A program made the translations under genes and the position numbers. A stretch of 63,860 nucleotides of DNA, the filler included. It is 9 parts of 9 records of this genome, joined end to end, with 100 filler letters (N's around TTAATTAATTAA, not from the genome) between each part and the next. Parts side by side here need not be neighbours in the genome. Positions count along the whole stretch, not along the records: positions 58,374 to 63,860 come from SRR31156797_85796; 8 more parts are not named here. One strand, given 5' to 3'. A model generated the notes under the pieces. That model made no database searches and had not been told where the DNA came from. It was given only the letters and a program-made list of their open reading frames with translations. Shown one piece after another: positions 58,374 to 63,860 of this stretch. The number at the start of each line of letters is the position of its first letter. Positions within the stretch are counted from its first letter, which is position 1.

Positions 58374-59001
58374 CGGTGTCCGAAGCGCTTGGGCCTGTAC
58401 CGTGGCAACCGCAGGGACAGAGCTGTTCCAGCTTTTGGGCCAGCAGCTCCATGGCCTTGCCCTCCAGAAAAAGCTGCCGCGTCATGCCGCAATACGGACA
58501 ATGCAGCATCTGCTTTAATACGGCCTGCATTGCCGGCATTAGGGTATCGCCCATGCGGAAGGGGGCTTTTCTTTCGAGACTTTTCAGCACCGGAGAAAAG
58601 CGATCTTCATCTCCCTTCGCCAATTTGAACAAATGGTCGGCATCTATCATGAGGTGAATCCTGAACATCTGTTTACCCTCTACCTTTTCAAGGCATTCAA
58701 CGGCCTTTGGAAAAGAGAAAAAGCCACTCTCTCCCGCCTTGATTTTGAACGGCCGGTAAAAGCTGGCTGGCCGGTACTCGGACAAGCCGTCAAGGCAAAA
58801 GCCGAAACCAACGGAGGATTCTGCTACAAATTGCTGGAGAAAAGCAAAATGCTCGAGCCGCCAGTCAGTGGTCATCAATTGAAGCCCTGAGGCGAAGCCA
58901 AGAATATCGGTCCCCCCCTGACCGACCGATGCGGGCAGATCAATTCTGGATTGATGGGGCGTTGCCGTGGGCTGCGGCGGGTCAAGTCGGATTGTTTTCA
59001 T
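58374..59001 (-). CDS. AraC-family regulator (PchR/YbtA-like); HTH lost at the contig end
   Basis: PAMQAVLKQMLHCPYCGMTRQLFLEGKAMELL is typical of the pre-HTH segment of PchR-like proteins. Confidence 0.78.
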
Positions 59002-59191
59002 ACCCCTGCATGGATTACGATTGTTTGGAGGCGCAGATTTGTAAATCCACACCGTTTTTGTACCGTGCGGAACCGGTGTTTTACATCTGCCTGGGAATGC
59101 GCCGAAACCAAAAGAAGGCGCTTACGCATCTGCCTACCGGCAGTTCGTAAACACCTTCTATGTCCGTTATTCAGAGTGATCGCGCACCGCA

Positions 59192-59252
59192 AGCAATTTC
59201 TAAATTAATTAGAATTTGCTAACATATATCAGTTTGCTCATTTTCTTGTCAA
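59192..59252 (-). promoter_or_regulatory. Promoter with AT-rich palindromic operator(s), DtxR/IdeR-like TTAG-N6-CTAA core
   Basis: TTGACA at 59247-59252 (minus strand); AGCAATTTCTAA-N5-TTAGAATTTGCT inverted repeat; TTAGCAAATTCTAA on the minus strand. Confidence 0.55.
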
Positions 59253-59257
59253 CCTTT

Positions 59258-60271
59258 TTATTTTCTTGCAATATCCAGCTCCATGGGCATCATGGGCGTC
59301 TCGACGATCTCGCTTTCCACGGATGAAAACCCAACGCTGCGTACGGTTTCAGCGATCTCGCCACTGTCGAACATCAGGTCCTGGCCCGAGAACATCCACC
59401 CCATGCATCCCATAACATAGGCCGCCGGCCGGGTGCGCTCATGGGTAAGCCCGTCAGCCAGGCTGACGAATACGCCTCCCGGTTTCAGGGCGCGATGGAT
59501 TTTCTCGATCGTTGCCGTCAATCCGTGCCGCGCGAAATTGAGCGTGGCGCTGGCCCAGATCAAATCGTAGCCTTCGCCGATGGGGTCTGTGACATAGTCC
59601 CCGGTCATGGTCGTCACGCGGCCGGTCATTTCATACTCGGCAATGAATTCGTCGGCCACCGCGGCCACTGTGGGCCGGTCGAAAATCACACCTTGCATGC
59701 TGGGGTGTTCGGCCACCATGGCGATGCAGTAAATCCCCGGCCCGCCACCCAGATCCAGCATCTTGTCAAAGGATTCGAATCCATCGATCCGGGACACCAG
59801 GGTGGCCATTTTCTGTGCCGCGCCGCTGCGCTGGTAATTGGCCATGGAACGGGCATGCGCCGCCCAGATGGTCTCGGTTCCGAAATCGGCCGGCATGTCG
59901 GGGGGACCGGAGCGGACCCGCTGGCTCATATCGGTGATGGCCGGAGCGGACATCCGGTCCATCATGGAGAACATTTTCCCCACATAGGCCGGGCTCCGGC
60001 TGACCAGGGACAGCCGGGTCTCCGGAAGGTTACGGTAACGGCCATTTTGCTTGTCGAGCAGCTTCAGGGCCACCAGCCCGTCAAGCAGGAATCGCGTATA
60101 CATCGGGTGGGTGTTCAGCTCGGCGGCCACCGAATCACTGGATTGCGGCGATTCCAGGCAATCAAAAATGTTCAGTTCGATGGCTGTGAGCAGCAATTGG
60201 ATCTTAGCGCGGCCATTGATAATATCGAACAACCCATGCAACTGCAAATCTACGTCCGGTAATCGTTTCAA
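59258..60271 (-). CDS. Class I SAM-dependent O-methyltransferase with dimerisation domain
   Basis: LLTAIELNIFD, MLDLGGGPG, GVIFD, GDY, YDLIW, ALKPGG. Confidence 0.9.
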   Translation of the reverse strand: MKRLPDVDLQLHGLFDIINGRAKIQLLLTAIELNIFDCLESPQSSDSVAAELNTHPMYTRFLLDGLVALKLLDKQNGRYRNLPETRLSLVSRSPAYVGKMFSMMDRMSAPAITDMSQRVRSGPPDMPADFGTETIWAAHARSMANYQRSGAAQKMATLVSRIDGFESFDKMLDLGGGPGIYCIAMVAEHPSMQGVIFDRPTVAAVADEFIAEYEMTGRVTTMTGDYVTDPIGEGYDLIWASATLNFARHGLTATIEKIHRALKPGGVFVSLADGLTHERTRPAAYVMGCMGWMFSGQDLMFDSGEIAETVRSVGFSSVESEIVETPMMPMELDIARK

Positions 60272-60415
60272 GATCGGCCCCCTTTCTCATCGGGTCATGA
60301 ATGTTGGGTTAAAAATAGGCAGCATTGCCTGGTGGTCTGGAACCTAAACGCCACCGATAAGGTAAATTAGCATGCTGCCCGCATCTTCGCTGTTGTTCGA
60401 TGAATAGATTTTAAC

Positions 60416-60718
60416 TTAAAATGAACGCGCGACGGAATTAAAACAAAAGCGGCGAGCCAAGATTGATTCGGCAAAAGGAGACATGGCCTCCAGCAGCATT
60501 TCTGACCTCGGGAACACGCTGGCAAGGGTCTCCAGAAGTCTCTTTATCTCCGATTCGGGAAAATACATGAGCAGGCCTTCTGCGAGAAAAAGCGTTGTCC
60601 TGCCCTGCGGTATCCGATCCATCCATGAAAAATCGAGGACCGATTTCGATAGAAACGGATACCTGTCGTTTGTTTTGAAAATCAGTCCACATGTCTCTGG
60701 GCGAAGGGCTCGTTTCAC
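60416..60718 (-). pseudogene. Fragment of an LCM/TcmP-type SAM-dependent methyltransferase
   Basis: SVLDFSWMD...LFLAEGLLMYF.E..IK.LL; both ends missing. Confidence 0.65.
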
Positions 60719-60721
60719 GTA

Positions 60722-60830
60722 AAAAAAGCAAAAGCCCGACCTGATACGCCAGGGCCCCCATGAGCACCGACAAAAACAGGTAGTAGAGAAGTATGCCGCC
60801 GGTCCAACCCCATGATGTTTCCCAAAGGCT
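60722..60830 (-). pseudogene. Possible FeoB-like C-terminal transmembrane remnant
   Basis: WETSWGWTGGILLYYLFLSVLMGALAYQVGLLLF resembles the last FeoB helices. Confidence 0.35.
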
Positions 60831-60925
60831 CTATTGTCCTATCGATAGCGGCCAGATAGCTCGCATCGATGGAGCCCCCTCCCGGAAAGTAGATCCCGGC
60901 CCAGGTGAGAAAGGCAATTCAGACA

Positions 60926-61264
60926 TTATTGGAGCCAGTAATCGATGGGGGGAAGCTGGGAATAGGCGTCATCGTGGGTGAACTCCGGGATATGCGTAGC
61001 ATTTGGGTCAGACGGATCATGGTTGCGGATTTCCCACAGGCCCAGATGCCTCAATATCCTTGCGATGACCTCATCATCCTCGATGAATGCAATGACTTTC
61101 CTGGAACCCTGACACGCAGGACCTATCAAGGGGTCTACGTTATAAATTTTCTGGATCAAACGCGCCCAATTTTTTCGAAACACCTTGGTCGATAGATCTG
61201 CATAATCCGGGGCCACATTACTGATTTTTTGAAGGTCTTCCTGGTTTTTTGGGTTTTGTGTCAA
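60926..61264 (-). mobile_element. IS91-family transposase C-terminal remnant
   Basis: RKNWARLIQKIYNVDPLI(G)PACQG..KVIAFIED.EVI..ILRHLGLW; first Cys of the CxxC mutated, catalytic part absent. Confidence 0.75.
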
Positions 61265-61469
61265 TCCCCGTTATACGCTTGACTACATCATAGATTGTGT
61301 TGGGGCCAAATGGGCGAACAGTGCAATTTTTTTCTTCAAGGAAGTTGTTATTGTTTCCATCAAGGCTAAAAAGTTATTTCAATTTGTGAATAGAGGATAC
61401 GCGAATTTCAATTAACTCCCACCCGATAAGCTGTTGGGAGTCCGACCCAGTTAGATCGAACAACTCAAC

Positions 61470-61513
61470 AAAGGAGACCAGCCCCAAGATATGGTGGTTG
61501 GTCTCCTTTTTTT
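61470..61513 (+). terminator. Intrinsic terminator (possibly bidirectional)
   Basis: AAAGGAGACCAGCC...GGTTGGTCTCC followed by T7. Confidence 0.7.
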
Positions 61514-61562
61514 GAAAACGAAGGCCAGTGTGTGCGTTGGACGACTCAGTCACTATCGTTTT

Positions 61563-62651
61563 TCAACAGCGTGTTAAGGCATTGACAACTGCATCTCCCA
61601 TCTGAGCAGTGGTATGCGTGCCTCCCATGTCCTTGGTTTTAATTTCTCCATTGGATAAAACCTGGGAGATGGCTTTTTCAATGGATTGAGCAGCCAGATG
61701 TTCTTCCAGATGATCCAACATCATGCGTATAGATTCGATCGTCGCTACAGGGTTGGCAATTCCCTTGCCGGTATATTTGGGGGCCGATCCATGAATGGGC
61801 TCGAACATCGATGGGTAATTTTTTTCAGGATTTAGATTAGCGCCAGCAGCAAAGCCCATACCGCCTTGCAGCATCGCGCCTAAATCCGTTATAATGTCTC
61901 CAAATAGGTTGGACGCGACTATCACGTCAAAATGCTCAGGATTCTTCACAAACCACATGGTGATGGCATCAACCAAGGCGATGTCGGTAGTCACATCGGG
62001 GTAACTTTTTGACACTTTTTCAAAAACTTGGTCCCAAAATACCATAGAATAGTTGAGAGCATTCGATTTCGAGCAGTTGGTCACTCTGCCGACGTTCTGG
62101 CCTGTACCGAACATTTTTCGTTTTCGGGCCAACTGGAAGGCGAATTCCATGACCCGTGAGCACCCTCTTTGAGTAAACACGCCCGTTTGAAGGGCAAAGG
62201 CATCGGGTGTTCCCAATTTGAAAAAACCTCCCAACCGGGAGTATTCACCTTCGGTGTTTTCGCGGACTACCACAAAGTCCACGGATTGATGTGTTGCGGT
62301 GCGTACCGGGGTCTTGATTCCAGGAAAAAGACGAATAGGACGCAGGTTGACATACTGGTCAAATCCCTTTCGGATTTCCAATAGCAAGGAAAGGGAAATA
62401 TGATCAGGTACTTTCTGGGCATCCCCGATACAGCCCAAGAAAATGGCGTCAAAATCCCTTAGAGTGGTTAACATATCATCAGGATTCATTTTACCATTCG
62501 TCAAATAGTAGTCGCATCCCCAGTCATAGCTTTCGGTTTTGACCCTGAAACCGAATTGATCGGCAACGGTATGCAGGACTTTCAGGCCTTCATCAGCGAC
62601 TTCCTTGCCCACCCCGTCTCCAGGAATGACAGCAATATCATAGGTGTTCAT
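61563..62651 (-). CDS. Tartrate/D-malate dehydrogenase-like beta-decarboxylating dehydrogenase (LeuB/IDH family)
   Basis: [59 protein letters not shown]. Confidence 0.88.
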   Translation of the reverse strand: MNTYDIAVIPGDGVGKEVADEGLKVLHTVADQFGFRVKTESYDWGCDYYLTNGKMNPDDMLTTLRDFDAIFLGCIGDAQKVPDHISLSLLLEIRKGFDQYVNLRPIRLFPGIKTPVRTATHQSVDFVVVRENTEGEYSRLGGFFKLGTPDAFALQTGVFTQRGCSRVMEFAFQLARKRKMFGTGQNVGRVTNCSKSNALNYSMVFWDQVFEKVSKSYPDVTTDIALVDAITMWFVKNPEHFDVIVASNLFGDIITDLGAMLQGGMGFAAGANLNPEKNYPSMFEPIHGSAPKYTGKGIANPVATIESIRMMLDHLEEHLAAQSIEKAISQVLSNGEIKTKDMGGTHTTAQMGDAVVNALTRC

Positions 62652-62702
62652 TTACCGCGTTGCTCCTTTCGCTTTAACCTACTTGAATAATAGATTTTGT
62701 CG

Positions 62703-62953
62703 TTATTGGATGTGCTTGTTAACGTAACGTTCAACTGTTATGGAACGCATATCATAGCAGACAGAAAACCCTATGGTGCAGGGTTCCGTTTTGGCAAACT
62801 CTTCTTCATCACCGATAAAGCTGACCATCTCCGGCATACCAATTAGCCTGGCACCCCTGAGGGCCGCTTGTTCAATGCAATGCTCTATTTTCTGGATTTT
62901 TCCGATTTTATCATTCTTGCTGTCAATCTGGATAGCCCAGCAACGAGTTTCAC
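62703..62953 (-). pseudogene. Internally deleted, frameshifted carbon-nitrogen hydrolase (nitrilase family)
   Basis: GTG-KLVAG, frameshift, IQIDSKNDK...AALRGARLIGMPEMVSFIG...EP joined directly to IGFSVCYDMR. Confidence 0.72.
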
Positions 62954-63087
62954 CAAAACATCACCCTTTTCTTTACAGGTTTTAAGCATTCAAGGCCTTG
63001 ATCGACGCATTACCGTACTATGCAACCCGGCAGCGATGGGTTTTCCCGCTCCTTCAATTTACTCAAAACGGAAATTCGGCTTCGGGC

Positions 63088-63860
63088 CTACCCTCTATCC
63101 TTCCGTTCCGCAGTTGCTTTTTCAATGGCTTTTTCCATGATACCAAGCCCGGTGGTCAATTGCTTGCTGTTGGTCACAAGCGGCATGAGCATTCTGACGA
63201 TCTGGTTGTAGGAGCCTGCATATTTTACAACCAGACCGTTGTCAGAACACTCCTTGAGGATCTGGTTCACCGCCTCGGGATACGGTACTTTAGATTCCCG
63301 ATCTTTGACGAACTCAATGGACGTCATTGCGCCTTTTACCCGGTATGTTCCGATGATATCGTATTTCTCAGCCCATTTTGAAAAAGATTTACGACACTGC
63401 TCTCCGATATCCAGGGCTTTCTGGGCGTAATTGTCTCTCTCCATGATTTCGATAACCTTCAGGGCCGCAGATATTGCGACAGGGTTGCCGCCGTAGGTTC
63501 CGCCGATTTCACCTGTCGCCAGCGACTGCATGATCTCATCCTTCGCTGTAACTGCGCTTAGAGGCAGGCCTGCTGCAAGGGATTTCGCAGTCAGAATCAT
63601 ATCCGGGTACACTCCGAATTCAGCCCAGTAATCCGTAGCAAACATTTTTCCTGTTCTGCAGTATCCGGTCTGTATTTCATCGGCAATCAAAACAATATTG
63701 TAGTTGTCACAGATTTTTCTCAACCCGGCGATGTATTCTTGCGGAGGTTCAATAAAGCCGCCTTCGCCCTGCAGTGGCTCAATAATGATGGCTGCGACGC
63801 TGTCTGGACTGACATAATCGACAAACATGTATTCCAGCTTTTCAAGGTAGTACGCTGCCA
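63088..63860 (-). CDS. gabT: 4-aminobutyrate aminotransferase-like class III aminotransferase, 5' truncated by the window end
   Basis: IIEPLQGEGGF, LIADEIQTG, AKSLAAGLPL, GGTYGGNP; the frame stays open to the window end. Confidence 0.88.
   Translation of the reverse strand, partial: AAYYLEKLEYMFVDYVSPDSVAAIIIEPLQGEGGFIEPPQEYIAGLRKICDNYNIVLIADEIQTGYCRTGKMFATDYWAEFGVYPDMILTAKSLAAGLPLSAVTAKDEIMQSLATGEIGGTYGGNPVAISAALKVIEIMERDNYAQKALDIGEQCRKSFSKWAEKYDIIGTYRVKGAMTSIEFVKDRESKVPYPEAVNQILKECSDNGLVVKYAGSYNQIVRMLMPLVTNSKQLTTGLGIMEKAIEKATAERKDRG

Overview
The window is not one locus. It is nine contigs joined by identical 100-nt spacers (44 N + TTAATTAATTAA + 44 N): 1-9678, 9779-16328, 16429-23566, 23667-30010, 30111-39166, 39267-45762, 45863-52217, 52318-58273 and 58374-63860. 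Composition and gene content suggest several organisms: contig 1 looks alphaproteobacterial, contig 4 possibly spirochaete-like, and most others Desulfobacterota-like (taxonomy inferred). Ordinary content: glycogen catabolism, csoR-copA, glcDF/TRAP, a branched-chain amino acid ABC transporter, flgFGAHIJNK, pxpABC, an MCP, a Phd-VapC toxin-antitoxin pair, gabT and a tartrate/D-malate-type dehydrogenase. The best candidates for undescribed systems are: (i) a coupled operon of a deviant MinD-like ATPase, an ECF-S-component/HAMP membrane receptor with no enzymatic output, and a large divergent SAH-hydrolase-like protein (9779-13849); (ii) a dedicated non-canonical Hsp70 operon (J-like protein lacking HPD, extended GrpE, Hsp70, Zn-ribbon protein) next to a STAND-like ATPase and a partner with hypervariable 120-nt TPR repeats (33195-39166); (iii) an IgaA/UmoB-like gene in a non-enterobacterial context, split by a 5-bp duplication (24552-26704); (iv) a glycan cluster with paired radical SAM/SPASM enzymes, one fused to an Mrp-type DUF59 domain (1-9678). 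All family assignments are from motif recognition by eye; no searches were run. No rRNA, tRNA or CRISPR array was seen.
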